This document shows, piece after piece, positions 38,001 to 53,000 of a stretch of DNA of 64,000 nt (position 1 is its first letter; every line of letters begins with the position of its first letter). The notes under the pieces were generated by a model that was not told the DNA's origin, did no database searches, and saw only the letters and a list, made by a program, of their open reading frames with translations. The DNA lies in the NCBI GenBank assembly GCA_048128005.1, contig JBEUKZ010000100.1:248001-312000 (forward strand). The letters run 5' to 3'. Origin of the DNA: Veleropilina oligotropha. Lineage: Eukaryota. The translations under genes and the position numbers were made by a program.

Positions 38001-41000
38001 TTCAAAGTAGTTGAAAGGACAAACCTGTGTTTGTTGAAAATCGCAGGTAAGAGTGTCTATATTGAAGAAATTTTCTCCGTACACTGTGACCAATCCACAT
38101 GTTGATCTGGAAGTATCACAAAGTCCTCCTTGGTGTATGTAGTAAATCTCTGGAGCCATGGTCTTATCAATTGAACAATGAAGTCCGTCATAGTTGGCAT
38201 TGCATTCACAAACACCTGTCATAAACCAAAATATGGTACACAGACAAGAATTGGATACTATCTAAACAAAAGGATTCACCGAGCAATTTTATCTTTATGA
38301 ACTTTCATTTGCAAAATTAAAATAAAAGAATTCTTGCAAATACACTGACTCGCGTCATTTACTGCATGCGTCCCATTATATGACCACTCAGTGTGTCGAG
38401 GCCCTGCGATCTCTGATCACTCAGCGTGTCGAGGCCCTGCGATCTCTGATCACTCAGCGTGTCGAGCTCCTGCGATCTCTGATCACTCAGCGTGTCGAGG
38501 CCCTGCGATCTCTGATTGTCGTGTTTGAATTAAATATCCATGCAGGAACATGTCCATATGCGGAGAGCTCACCAATCGGTTGTGAACTACCGTTACCGAT
38601 AGCTCTGAAGAGCTCCCCATTCGGTTGTGGAGTACCGTTACCGATAGCTCTGGAGAGCTCACCAATCGGTTGTGAACTACCGTTACCGATAGCTCTGGTG
38701 AGCTCACCAATCGGTTGTGAACTACCGTTACCGATAGCTCTGGAGAGCTCACCAATCGGTTGTGAACTACCGTTACCGATAGCTCTGGAGAGCTCACCAA
38801 TCGGTTGTAAACTACCATTACCGATAGCTTTGGAGAGCTCACCAATCGGTTGTGAACTACCGTTACCGATAGCTCTGGAGAGCTCACCAATCGGTTGTGA
38901 ACTACCGTTACCGATAGCTCTGGAGAGCTCACCAATCGGTTGTAAACTACCATTACCGATAGCTCTGGAGAGCTCACCAATCGGTTGTAAACTACCATTA
39001 CCGATAGCTCTGGAGAGCTCACCAATCGGTTGTGAACTACCGTTACCGATAGCTCTGGAGAGCTCACCAATCGGTTGTGAACTACCGTTACCGATAGCTC
39101 TGGAGAGCTCACCAATTGGTTGTGAACTACCGTTACCGATAGCTCTGGAGAGCTCACCAATCGGTTGTAAACTACCATTACCGATAGCTCTGAAGAGCTC
39201 CCCAATCGGTTGTGGAGTACCGTTACCGATAGCTCTGGAGAGCTCACCAATCGGTTGTGAACTACTGTTACTGATAGCTCTGACGTGGATGATGATCATG
39301 TGCTTCATCGCTCCATAAATGTTGTTTAAATTCAATTTTGTCAACGTTTTGCTGATCATTACATAACATTACAACAGGGTTGCTTGGCATCATTTGTCTT
39401 ACAACCATTTAACAATTTTCAGTCATATCGTAGTCGGGACTTCTGATTTACGATCTCTACCTGAGCAAACCGACATATGAGAAATTTATTTTCCATAATA
39501 TTCAGCGGTAGAATGAACCACAGATGAGATTGCGTCGAAGCCCAGCTTATCTCCAGTGGAGTGTGTGTGACACACAGAAGCCCAGCTTATCTCCAGTGGA
39601 GTGTGTGTGACACACAGAAGCCCAGCTTATCTCCAGTGGAGTGTGTGTGACACACAGAAGCCCAGCTTATCTCCAGTGGAGTGTGTGTGACACACAGACC
39701 AACGAAGCCCAGCTTATCTCCAGTGGAGTGTGTGTGACACACAGAAGCCCAGCTTATCTCCAGTGGAGTGTGTGTGACACACAGAAGCCCAGCTTATCTC
39801 CAGTGGAGTGTGTGTGACACACAGAAGCCCAGCTTATCTCCAGTGGAGTGTGTGTGACACACAGAAGCCCAGCTTATCTCCAGGGAGTGTGTGTGACACA
39901 CAGAAGCCCAGCTTATCTCCAGTGGAGTGTGTGTGACACACAGAAGCCCAGCTTATCTCCAGTGGAGTGTGTGTGACACAAAGAAGCCCAGCTTATCTCC
40001 AGTGGAGTGTGTGTGACACACAGAAGCCCAGCTTATCTCCAGTGGAGTGTGTGTGACACACAGAAGCCCAGCTTATCTCCAGTGGAGTGTGTGTGACACA
40101 CAGAAGCCCAGCTTATCTCCAGTGGAGTGTGTGTGACACACAGAAGCCCAGCTTATCTCCAGTGGAGTGTGTGTGACACAGAAGCCCAGCTTATCTCCAG
40201 TGGAGTGTGTGTGACACACAGAAGCCCAGCTTATCTCCAGTGGAGTGTGTGTGACACACAGAAGCCCAGCTTATCTCCAGTGGAGTGTGTGTGACACAGA
40301 AGCCCAGCTTATCTCCAGTGGAGTGTGTGTGACACACAGAAGCCCAGCTTATCTCCAGTGGAGTGTGTGTGACACACAGAAGCCCAGCTTATCTCCAGTG
40401 GAGTGTGTGTGACACACAGAAGCCCAGCTTATCTCCAGTGGAGTGTGTGTGACACACAGAAGCCCAGCTTATCTCCAGTGGAGTGTGTGTGACACAGAAG
40501 CCCAGCTTATCTCCAGTGGAGTGTGTGTGACACACAGAAGCCCAGCTTATCTCCAGTGGAGTGTGTGTGACACAGAAGCCCAGCTTATCTCCAGTGGAGT
40601 GTGTGTGACACACAGAAGCCCAGCTTATCTCCAGTGGAGTGTGTGTGACACACAGAAGCCCGGCTTATCTCCAGTGGAGTGTGTGTGACACAGAAGCCCA
40701 GCTTATCTCCAGTTGAGTGTGTGTGACACACAGAAGCCCAGCTTATCTCCAGTGGAGTGTGTGTGACACACAGAAGCCCAGCTTATCTCCAGTGGAGTGT
40801 GTGTGACACACAGAAGCCCAGCTTATCTCCAGTGGAGTGTGTGTGACACACAGAAGCCCAGCTTATCTCCAGTGGAGTGTGTGTGACACACAGAAGCCCA
40901 GCTTATCTCCAGTGGAGTGTGTGTGACACACAGAAGCCCAGCTTATCTCCAGTGGAGTGTGTGTGACACACAGACGAGATCGCGTCGAAGCCCAGCTTAT

Positions 41001-44000
41001 CTCCAGTGGAGTGTGTGTGACACACAGACGAGATCGCGTCGAAGCCCAGCCTATCTCCAGGGGAGTGTGTGTGACACACAGAAGCCCAGCTTATCTCCAG
41101 TGGAGTGTGTGTGACACACAGAAGCCCAGCTTATCTCCAGTGGAGTGTGTGTGACACACAGACGAGATCGCGTCGAAGCCCAGCTTATCTCCAGTGGAGT
41201 GTGTGTGACACACAGACGAGATCGCGTCGAAGCCCAGCCTATCTCCAGGGGAGTGTGTGTGACACACAGAAGCCCAGCTTATCTCCAGTGGAGTGTGTGT
41301 GACACACAGAAGCCCAGCTTATCTCCAGGGAGTGTGTGTGAACCACAGACGAGATTGCGTCGAAGCCCAGCTTATCTCCAGTGGAGTGTGTGTGACACAC
41401 AGAAGCCCAGCTTATCTCCAGTGGAGTGTGTGACACACAGAAGCCCAGCTTATCTCCAGTGGAGTGTGTGACACACAGAAGCCCAGCTTATCTCCAGTGG
41501 AGTGTGTGTGACACACAGAAGCCCAGCTTATCTCCAGTGGAGTGTGTGTGACACACAGAAGCCCAGCTTATCTCCAGTGGAGTGTGTGTGACACACAGAA
41601 GCCCAGCTTATCTCCAGTGGAGTGTGTGTGACACACAGAAGCCCAGCTTATCTCCAGTGGAGTGTGTGTGACACACAGAAGCCCAGCTTATCTCCAGTGG
41701 AGTGTGTGTGACACACAGAAGCCCAGCTTATCTCCAGTGGAGTGTGTGTGACACACAGAAGCCCAGCTTATCTCCAGTGGAGTGTGTGTGACACACAGAA
41801 GCCCAGCTTATCTCCAGTGGAGTGTGTGTGACACACAGAAGCCCAGCTTATCTCCAGTGGAGTGTGTGTGACACACAGAAGCCCAGCTTATCTCCAGTGG
41901 AGTGTGTGTGACACACAGAAGCCCAGCTTATCTCCAGTGGAGTGTGTGTGACACACAGAAGCCCAGCTTATCTCCAGTGGAGTGTGTGTGACACACAGAA
42001 GCCCAGCTTATCTCCAGTGGAGTGTGTGTGACACACAGAAGCCCAGCTTATCTCCAGTGGAGTGTGTGTGACACACAGAAGCCCAGCTTATCTCCAGTGG
42101 AGTGTGTGTGACACACAGAAGCCCAGCTTATCTCCAGTGGAGTGTGTGTGACACACAGAAGCCCAGCTTATCTCCAGTGGAGTGTGTGTGACACACAGAA
42201 GCCCAGCTTATCTCCAGTGGAGTGTGTGTGACACACAGAAGCCCAGCTTATCTCCAGTGGAGTGTGTGTGACACACAGAAGCCCAGCTTATCTCCAGTGG
42301 AGTGTGTGTGGCACACAGAAGCCCAGCTTATCTCCAGTGGAGTGTGTGTGACACACAGAAGCCCAGCTTATCTCCAGTGGAGTGTGTGTGACACACAGAA
42401 GCCCAGCTTATCTCCAGTGGAGTGTGTGTGACACACAGACCACTCACCACCTTGACCGCTCATATTACAAAAAGGACATATAATTTAGACTATAATTTTT
42501 ATGTAGATAAAAAAAGAAATCAGAATTGTGTTGAATAATTAGGGAAATTGACACTTGAAGCGCTGTGCGAGACTTGCGTGTATATCCCTAGCGTGAATGT
42601 GAGAGTTGCATGTATATCCCGAGCATGAATGTGACACTTGCCTGCCATGCATATCCCGGGCGTGAATGTGAGATTTGCGTGCATCTCACAGCTGGCGGTA
42701 TTGATACGACTAATTTTATAAGAAATTAATACACTTATGGAGCAAATGACTCCGTTAATAAATATTGCATTTGCAGCCTCAGAATGCAGGAGAGGTAATT
42801 TTACAGTATTAAGTAGTACTACTAAATATTTTCTCCGCATAATACTTGGTCGTACTAACATTTTATTGCTTCCGCCGGGCCAGAATCTGCCTGGGGTGAA
42901 TGCCCACTGACTCACCTTTGACGCACGAGCCATGTAGCGTGCATTCAGCAGAGCACAGTCCATCAGTGATCCCCTCCATCAGAGTCACGATGCCAGTTGT
43001 GCTGGTTATCCAGTACGTCACGCTGTGCATATGGATCTCGATCGAGCAGAATCGACGGTAAAGTTCCAGCGAGGAGAGTGCATATTGGAAATCATCAAAC
43101 ACCTGAAATCACGTAGGGTCATGCCAGCTTAAGAGGGTCTGATTTGTGAAGGATAATCTCGCTTCATTTCTTTTATTTTGAATGATGACCACTTCACGCA
43201 CAGATCTTGCAAAAATCATGAATGACTAGTAACTGTCAATTACTATAAATCGTAGAAGCATCCCAGAATACAAGTTTCCTTACAAATTTGTGAAAACTCC
43301 TAAATTGTGGAAAATTGCAGATGCTGCCAATAAAACAGTATAATCAACAAAATTTTAAGTGCCACATACATGTACCATGAGAAAACATTATCCATTATCC
43401 TTTCTTCATATGCAAAAGCTACGATCGCCAAGTACGTACCAGTATGCTGTTGACGCAGCCAATGATAAGCTCTTCCACTTGCAGACTGCCTACTCCGGTA
43501 CAAGCGCCGGCCACAAAGGAGCTGTAGAGATAGTTCTCGCAGTAGGTCGACACCTCTATCAGGGTGTAATTATTAAATGTCGGCCATGTCGGGAACTGAA
43601 AAATGACAGGTCAAGTGGTGAAACATCATTGAAGATAAAAACACAAAGCTATTTGTAATTTATGGAACTTAAAAAAGAAAGTGAAAACGTCTTCGAAGAG
43701 GCGATTATATTATTTGCGAACATTGATCATTAATAAGGCTGTTAACGGAGAAAAAGTTCATCTTACATTAATATTAACTGTAAATTGTAAGACCATTGCT
43801 AGAACCTAACTAGCTCAAAACAGGTAAGCCTAAAGGTGAGAGTATATTCAGGATACAATAATATAAATGAGAAATTATATAAACTTTAAAGAGACTATTG
43901 CCCGTAAATGCGCTATTTTTGTGACTGTGTAGCATGACTCACCCCCTATCTCATGGTTCGAACAGATTGATACAAATTTCGCGAAGATATGATCGATATA

Positions 44001-47000
44001 TGATCAAATGATAGACTTTTATTGAAATTATTATTGTAACTGGGCAATATTTATTATTGTCAAGTAGAAAGCTATCTTATTTGACGAGCAGAAACCTACG
44101 CAAGTGTGCTTCAACTAGGTCAATTGAAATTGCACTCGGTGCGAGGTAATTAAACGCGGACTGCGTTTAATTATTTTTAAATATTCAGTAGCAATTCATT
44201 TAAATGGTAACAAATTACTGATGAAGGTTGAGTGTTGAAAATTCCTACCTTTTTATGTTATAAACAAAAAGTGTAATGCGGTTAGTTTTATTTTTTAAAA
44301 AGAAAGAGTGCATTTACGGGCAATAGTCTCTTTAAGGTAAAACTTTAAAATTATTTATGCTATTTACATCGTTACATTCAAATTTTCTTACCTGAAACAC
44401 ATAGTCAATTTCATACTCATAGGTAACTATCTCATAATCTGGTAGATTACACTGTGATGTAAGAGTGCTAGTGACGTCAACGCCTATAGAAAAAACACTT
44501 AGTCTAAGAGTTTGATGTAGGTACATATGGAAATAAAATTTATCCTTCCTCAAATATCTCGTTTTCAAGAGCAAGCTATTACTTTTGTTTCTCATTTTTG
44601 CAATGGGTAAAATTTCAGATCACGTTCATGATTTACAGACAAGACCACAAAACTGCACAGAAAATAGTTTTCAATAGTTTCGACCCAGATATCTTGTCAT
44701 AAAGATCCCAAAACACAAACTTAAGTTACTTTATATAGGTTCATTGTCACTAATCTCCAGTTAACTTTCCCTTTGCAATGTCAGCGGCACCGGGGGGTTA
44801 GCGCGTCAGACTCTCAACCGAAGCTATTAGTTGGTCCCAGTGGTTCAATCTACCGAGTAAAATAATAGAGGAATATCTCTATTGTATGTCGGTCAGATCG
44901 GAGTGAGACCTTAAATCGAGTGTTCGACTACGATGTGGTCAAAAGTGGTCATAAAACAATGTTTCAAACCAACCAACCTTTGGAATGTCATCGTGACCCT
45001 CTGGTTAACTTACCCAACGTGTTGTCGACGTAACAGTTGACTAGATCTCCCTGCTCTCCGCATGTGTTGTGCCGAGTTTCACCACAAGTGCAATACAGAG
45101 CAGTGATCGTTCCATCGGCCTCCGCAAAGTCATCGCTACATTGGCCATTATACAGGCTGTTAGTCTGATCCACTCTACAGTAGAACATCACCATAATTAC
45201 ATGGTTGCAATCGACCAATCAAAATAACACGTTTTGCGTGTTTGTCGAATACATGACTTAATGGATTTTGCGGATTTCAGTGTATCTTTCGTTTGAATTT
45301 TGCAGTCATTTCGTATGTATGTCTGGTGTTAAAGAAAATGAGAACACCATATGATATAGTCTTACTTTGATAAATAAAGCGATTTTTTAATTTCTTATAA
45401 TAAGTGACTGTCCTAAACAAGCATATACATAACAACTTCATCAAATTGAATATATCGAGATTAAATAAACATGATCAGCAATCAACCCATTGTTTCCAGT
45501 CCACACATTGGTCAACTACAATACATGTATGCACCTAAATATGCATGTCCATAAGATATACCCACTGATAAACATTAAACAGTAAAAAAGGCATCAAACT
45601 GAAAATCACAGACCTCCATAACCTGCTGAATTCATCCGGCTGCAATGCTTCGCTTGTGACCATCAAGTCATCCGTTTTATCCTCATTGAACGTTCCACAC
45701 AAACCTACAATCAGTGAACGTCCAATTCAACGTTGCTTATCGGTAGTCATTTCTAATACTTATAACTGCAATCTCTCTTGATCTCTCTCGGTAACGCAAC
45801 GTGACACACCAGCGCCAAGTGGTATCGCCCGAATCAGTAAGTGTCACATTATGGGCTACCGTCTGAAATAACTGATTCCGACGACACCAATTGACGTAGC
45901 TACGGGAGACGTCTAGTATAAATTTAATAAAGGCAACAGCAGCACGGAACCCTTTGAACAACCACCATTGGTGAGTAGAATTTCACTTTATAATTAACTG
46001 GTTGTATCAGTTATTATATATCAGTGATTATAATTCTTATGTTAGCAACAGTCAGTGTATGCATAATAATCCAATTCATTAACAGGTGTTATTAGGTTTG
46101 AAGTTCATTACATTTTCCATCTAACCTGTGAAAGCAAATTATAAGCAACACACAGCTGATGAAGCCATCATGCAATTGGATGCTTGTAAATCCACACAGA
46201 TCAACAATCAGGACGGAATGGGTATAATTTATCAGAATACAAATACTAAATATGCATTGCAAGATAAAACTGAAATAAATTGCATTAAGACAAAGCTTGC
46301 TCCCTAAAATATATGTTGTTCCGCAGATATTTACTATATATTATGCTCAGCTTGCTAAAAGCACCATCCTTGGTGGCCATGAGGATGGCTTACCCGCTGT
46401 TTTGTTGAAGTCACCTGCAGCGGCCGTTATAATCACGTTGAGGAATTGGTCCAATGGAGGAGACACAGAAACCATGACGATGGTGCCAGTCGGTAGATGA
46501 ACCTGACATGCAAATTGATAATAACATACAAGTCAGTATGCATATATCATTTTTCATAATGAATTGATTACCATCGGTGGCTTTTCTATATGTAGTCGAT
46601 ACATATTAATGTTGTGATTAACATAACAATTGCATTCTACACACAGTTTTGGGATGAAGAAATTGCACCTACAAAGAAAACAGAAGAATTCATTCCTAAT
46701 GAAAGGAACCAGTCATGGCAATATTTGGATGTCCAAGGTCACTATGAGAAATGTAAAGTTCAACAAGAAATGTGGGAGCCACACATTATCCCATCGGCTT
46801 TGTCGTAATTGGTTAAGTGTAAATTTTTAAGTTGATAAAGGGGAATAACTGAGCAAATACTTGTCGAAATTCTAGCAAAATGTAACTTGACCCTCTGTGC
46901 TTTAATTGCAACACAGTCACAGGATTTGAACAATACCGGATGCGAGATTCTGAAGAGAATTGACGGAAACTAAATATTTATGTCGAAAAAGGGAGATAAC

Positions 47001-50000
47001 TGTGGAAATATTTGTCTAAGTTCTGCCGAAATCGAATTGACCTCCGAGCTGTTATTTGGAAATCAGTCATAAGATTTGAACGACATCCGATGCGCGGTCA
47101 TGAAGATAATTGATGAAAACGAAATGTTTATGTCGAAAAGGGGCATAACTGTGGTAATATTTGTCGGAATAATACCCAATTCAATAGGCATCTAGTTTAT
47201 GACCCAAGAAACATGCATACCAAATTTGAATTCCCTAGCCACCACGGTGTTCGCGATATCCTGTTCACGTCGTCATAAAAAACATTACAAAAAAATTGTC
47301 GGAATAATATCAAATTCTACAGGAACCTCGTTTATTTCCCAATAAACCTGCATATCACATTTGAACCCCCTTGGCTAGCTATTACGTTTTTCCTGATATC
47401 CTGTTCACGTCGTGAGAAACAAAGTTTTTGACAAAAAAGAAGGATAACTGTGCAAATATTTGTAGGAATAACATCAAATTAAATAGGAACCTAGTTTATG
47501 TCCCAATAAACCGGCATACCAAATTTGAACTCCCCTAGTTATTACGGTTTTCCTGATATCCTGTTCACGTCGTCTCTACGGACAGCCGTGAAATTTTTGT
47601 CGATAAGGGAGGATAACTGTGCAAATAATTGTCCGCATAACCTCAAATTCAATAGGAACCTAGTTTATGTCCCAATGAACCTGCACACCAAATTTGAACT
47701 CCCTACCTATGAGGATTTTCCTGATATCCTGTTCACGTCGTCTATATGGAAGGAAGGACATTTTTGCCGAAAAGGGAGGATAACTGAGCAAATATTTGGC
47801 AGAATTATCTCAAATTAAATAGGAACCTAATTTATGTCCCATTAAACCTGCATACGAAATTTGAAATCTCTAGCTATTACGGTTTTCCTGATATCCTGTT
47901 CACGTCGTCCATACGGACGGACGGACTACGTGACGACATAATCCCACGGTTTTACAAACCGATGGGATAATGAACCACATGCTAGAGGTAAATAAATGAG
48001 CTGACAAACCAATATGAAAGTAAATTAAGCTGACATACATTGTAGCTGATATATAAGCCGGACAAAAGCTTAACTCTGCTAGCTCGGATGGCTACAATAC
48101 CCCTTGCCTGAGGTTAACAAGACGCCTCTCGACCAATCTAGCTCCGCTGCAAAGGGTTCATCAATATAGTCAAACAACTTTAGAAATTTGGGCAGCACGA
48201 ATGGATAAAATAGGCATATACACCGACTGCTGACATGCTTCTAAATATAGAACATGTTTTTAGAGGAATGGTCTAATCAACAACTAGAAATTTGAGCAGC
48301 ACTTCCCATGTAACAGTATACCGATATGCAGGATAGCTGTCTTGACAAAGTTCAAATTCCGAATTTCAGCAAAACTCGGACGTACATTTTTCTAATATTC
48401 ACAGGATAAGTTAAACACATCATAAGGAAGGCTCATGTCAATTAACAAAAAATTATCAGACAGTTTCAGGGGTATTCATATTTGAAGTCAAAACTTGATG
48501 CAGAAAGATATTTTCTAAGTCCAAAAAGGTAAATTTTGGAAAAACGGAGACGGAGAATTTCCTAATATTTTCAAGATATGTTCAGAACATCATAAGGAAG
48601 GCGAAAGTAAAAAAAAGTTATCAGACAGTTTTCAGGATATTCACATTTCAAGTCAAAAGTTGACGCAGGACGGACGGACGTACGCCGGACAAAGCGGCAT
48701 CAGTAAAGCTCTGCTGGAGCTACTACGTCACAGCGGAGCTAATAAAAAGTATGCAAAATATATTCTTATTTAGAATTACCTCATACACTCTACCCTGGTC
48801 TTGCTCATATACTCTCATGCCAGGAGTCATTCTCCCATTCTGGAACTTGCGGACAGTTAACGGTAACTTTTTGCTAGATTTCAACGGACCTCCTTTGTCG
48901 ATCAAAATAACATCATTTGCGGCCCTGACAGCCACCGCGCTGATACACATGGCTTTATCATGGCATCTCCGGTAAAATGCTCTAACCTAGATCAAAGAAT
49001 ATGGATAGAATAACAGAGAGCATTTACTTATTGATTTATATCTTAGCAATCAATATTAACTTTCATCATCCAAAGTCACTTTACACATATTGGTAAAGGC
49101 AACATTAGGGTGTACGCAAAATGTTAATTGGAAATATTTAAGGTCTTAACAAAATTTGACGATAGATAACGAATAAAATTTGCCTAAACACCTCTCACCT
49201 CATATGGTAATTCAGTGTTGCCATACAAGATGAATTCCCCTTCCCTGGGCTGATTGTAGCGTCTGAAATGACAAAGTTAACATTAAAAGAGATAAATTAA
49301 TCAAGACAACGGAAATAATTACTCAGTATTGTGAATAAAGGCAGGTCAATAAATGTACATAAACTGCAATAAAAAGGAAAGGATCGATGCTTTATGCCCT
49401 GTATATTTTCAACCATTTACGTTCAAAGCAGAACATGTCCATATTATAGAAAGCTCGGAGGAAACCCGCCCTCTCCGACCAGTTATGTCGAATTTTAAAT
49501 ATGACTTGATCCTCAGTGTTTCCAGCACCCGCCCATCTGATGCCCGGAACCATGAGTCAACGGTTGTGCGTTGGGGACCATGGTACCCATACGCACAAGA
49601 ACATTTTGGGTTCACTCCCACGAAACGGCCTCTCCTGCGCTCTAAGCATTTTATTTATTGTGAATCACTTTTAAATTAGTTTTACGGCCCCGTTTTAACA
49701 TTTTTTCAGTCTGTTCATCGCAACGGGAACAAGTAAAAATACTCTAAAGTAGTTTACAAAGTCATATTTTTAATAACATACATTACAGCCTTGTCTTTAC
49801 TTTCCTAGGTAATCCATTTCCATTGGTATATTTAAAATAATTACTTCAGAAACGACACTCAAAAAGCTAAAACTGGTCGTACATTTATAAACTGGGCACA
49901 TGCTTATCGCGTAATAATTTGGGCCTATTTTCGATAATTTGGGGATTTCCAGAAGTAGTCCCTCCAAGTTAACGCAATATTAGATTATAATGAAAATGTT

Positions 50001-53000
50001 CTTTTTTTAAGTACTACTAGTTCATCAAAAGACCAGTTGATTGTTGTTTCCCAGATAATTACTGTCCGAATTACGGTAAATATGTACATGAAAACATTTT
50101 TATGAATGGAAGTCAACAGTGCTGCGTAGCAACGATAGTAGCGATCAGGGTCATGCGAGTTCTTAAAATAACAAAGAGTCACAAAATGTGGCTTGTTAAA
50201 CGACAAAGAGCTGGATGCAGGCCTAAAACTCCATTAACTAACCATGGGATTTGAATATATTTTTTATTAATGTAAGCCTCCGGAGAAATTTTTTGCGTCA
50301 TATTAAAGGGCATGTGAACTAAAACATATTATAGGCGAAATTTAGCTATAGGGCATATGCCTATTATATTATTTGTTGTGTTAGTCTTGCACGAGTGTGC
50401 GCGTTTGTTGTAAGCTGGCCTGGCGAAGAAATCAATCAGTCTGAAAAATAAACATATGTTCAGGTCAGGGGTCGAATTTGACGTCACAATAGCACTGGCC
50501 ACTCGGTATCTTTTCAATTCGATGGCAATATCATTGTCTTCTAATTGGTTACTCAACAGGAACAATAGCACTAGGACTAGTGTGTCGTCACCCAATAAAT
50601 GTTCGGGAGATTTCGGGTTGACTAGCTAAGGATCTTCTATATCCTTGTTTTGATAATCTAAATCATGACGCTACTAATAGCAGAATAAATAAATATACGA
50701 TAGCATTATTATCAGCCAGAATATATTATGTGTTCACATGCCCTTTAATTATCCGGAAGAAATATCGGCAACTTAAAATATCTGGAAATCTGTGAATTCC
50801 CAGAAGACTGGCAACACTGGATACTAAACCACAAATATTATGATACCATGAAAGAACAAAATGACAGCACAGCTCACATAACGCTGATCAACACCACGCT
50901 GAGTATATTTGGTTTTCACCAATGGAAGACGGGACAAAAGAGTGTAAGCTTGTAGAGACTGTAAGCTGAGGAAATAAAATTTAAGGCAGCCAAAATACTC
51001 ACCCATCATTCCTCAACAGCATTCAAGTTATACTTAAGCAAAATCGAGAAACAACTGCATTCTAAATATGTTTATTTGTAATTATTGCCTTCCTTTCGGA
51101 AAAACTGTATATTATTTATTAAATCTTAAGGATATATTTGAATATACCACAATAATCTGAGGAAACACATACCTCCCATCAAAGGTTATCACCTGGAGAT
51201 CATTCCACGAAGAGCATTTGGCGCTACGGTCACTATCCTTTACCTCAACCTGAAAACATTAAAAGATTTGTGAACATTAATACATTCTGGCTGATAATAA
51301 TCCTATCACATAATTATTTATTTATTCTGTTATTAGTAGTGCTATGATTTAGACTACCAAAACTGTACATGTATACAGAAGATATCTAACTCGCCAACCT
51401 GAAACGCCCCGGACTCTGATTAGATGACGACGAGTCAGTTTACAGCAAATGCGGACAGTCATGAAAGACTAACACAGCAAATATATGACAGCAATATTCC
51501 GTAAAGCCAAATTTCGCCTATATTATGAGGTGCTGAAAGTCTTACTTTCACAACTGTTACAGTATTGTTGACATAATTACACAACGTTTCATCACTGTAT
51601 TACTGTTCACTGGATAAATGATTACTCGGTCGTTAAGATAATTATACACAACCCTTGCCTGGAAATGAATTTGAAAAATATAATACAAATGCGAATGAAA
51701 CTAGAGCTATCACAGGAGTGATCATATGCCCCCCACGAAAGCGTTTGACCCAGGAACAAGCTGTTGCATACACACATGAAGTTTCATGTCCCTCGGTCAA
51801 ATAGTATGGGAGATATGGAGAAGGGAATTTTAGACTGAATGCGGTAAAGTGTGAAAAGTAGGTCATGGTGACCTAATTTCAGTAGGCGACACATTTGCGC
51901 TATGACACATGCACACATCAAATTTCATGTCCCTCGGTCAAATAGCATGGAAGATATGGAGCGGAAGGGAATTTTGGATAAAGTGCAGTCAAGCATGAAA
52001 TGTAGGTCGCAGTGACCTACTTTCAGCACACGACACACCTTTGGGTTATGACGCATGCATACATCAAGTTTCGCATCTCTCGGGCAAATAGTATGGGAGA
52101 TATGGAGCGAAAAGGGAATTTTGGATTAAGCATGGAAAGTAGGTCGTGGTGACCTACTTTCAGTATGCAACACACCTTTGGGTTATGATGGATCCACACA
52201 TCAAGTTTCATGTCCCTAGGCGAAATAGTATCAGAGATATGGAGCGGAAGGGAATTTGCAACAGACCGACAGCTCGACAGACAAGCTGACTCCTATATGC
52301 CCCCCCCCCCCCTAAACTTCGTTTGTGGGGGCATAATAAACATATACTTTATGTGTCGATGTTGTATCGTTATCTTTGAGAAGAATTCTTTTAAATAACC
52401 TATTGACAACTTTTGATATGTGAGTCAGCTGTGACAATTTTGTCTGGAGCTTTCACATAAATGAAAGCAACTGGATGTGTATTTAAGAGGAAGACTGCTA
52501 GATTGCACTAAAGGGTGCGCCAATAGTAAAAATTCCTGACCAATTTCGACCCATGTGAGTTCAGCCTTTTATACCCGCGCTTGTTGGTATCATGGGTTGT
52601 CATGGTGATTGTATATTAGCCGGGGATATTGTCCGGTGTTGTAATACCCGGACGTGGTGTGATGGCTTATGGGAATGCATGATCAAAATAGCCGTTCGAA
52701 ATATCCGGTCAAAATAGCCGGTCACAATATCCGGTGTGGAATTAGCCGTTTGTGAGAGGAATAGCCGGACAAAATATCCGATAAAAAATGTTTTTTTGTA
52801 GATTATAGCTGAATAGCAATGATGGTATGAATATGTCGTGCAAACCAAAAGAATCCGGTGAAATGCCGGTATTACAATGGTCAAATAGCCGATGTGAATG
52901 AAAGAATCCGGTGAAAGGCCAGTATTGCAGTCTATCAGGAGGTGTCAATTGTGTGATACCCCTGTATATGAGGTGACAACAGAATGGAGCACTCGGGAGG

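Noticed and set aside
38380..39359. Three overlapping 255-312 aa ORFs
   Set aside because: Translations of the 33- and 45-bp minisatellites in an intron; open on both strands only because unit lengths are multiples of 3.
39537..42439. Possible CRISPR array
   Set aside because: Head-to-tail repeats with no unique spacers, eukaryotic context and no cas genes.
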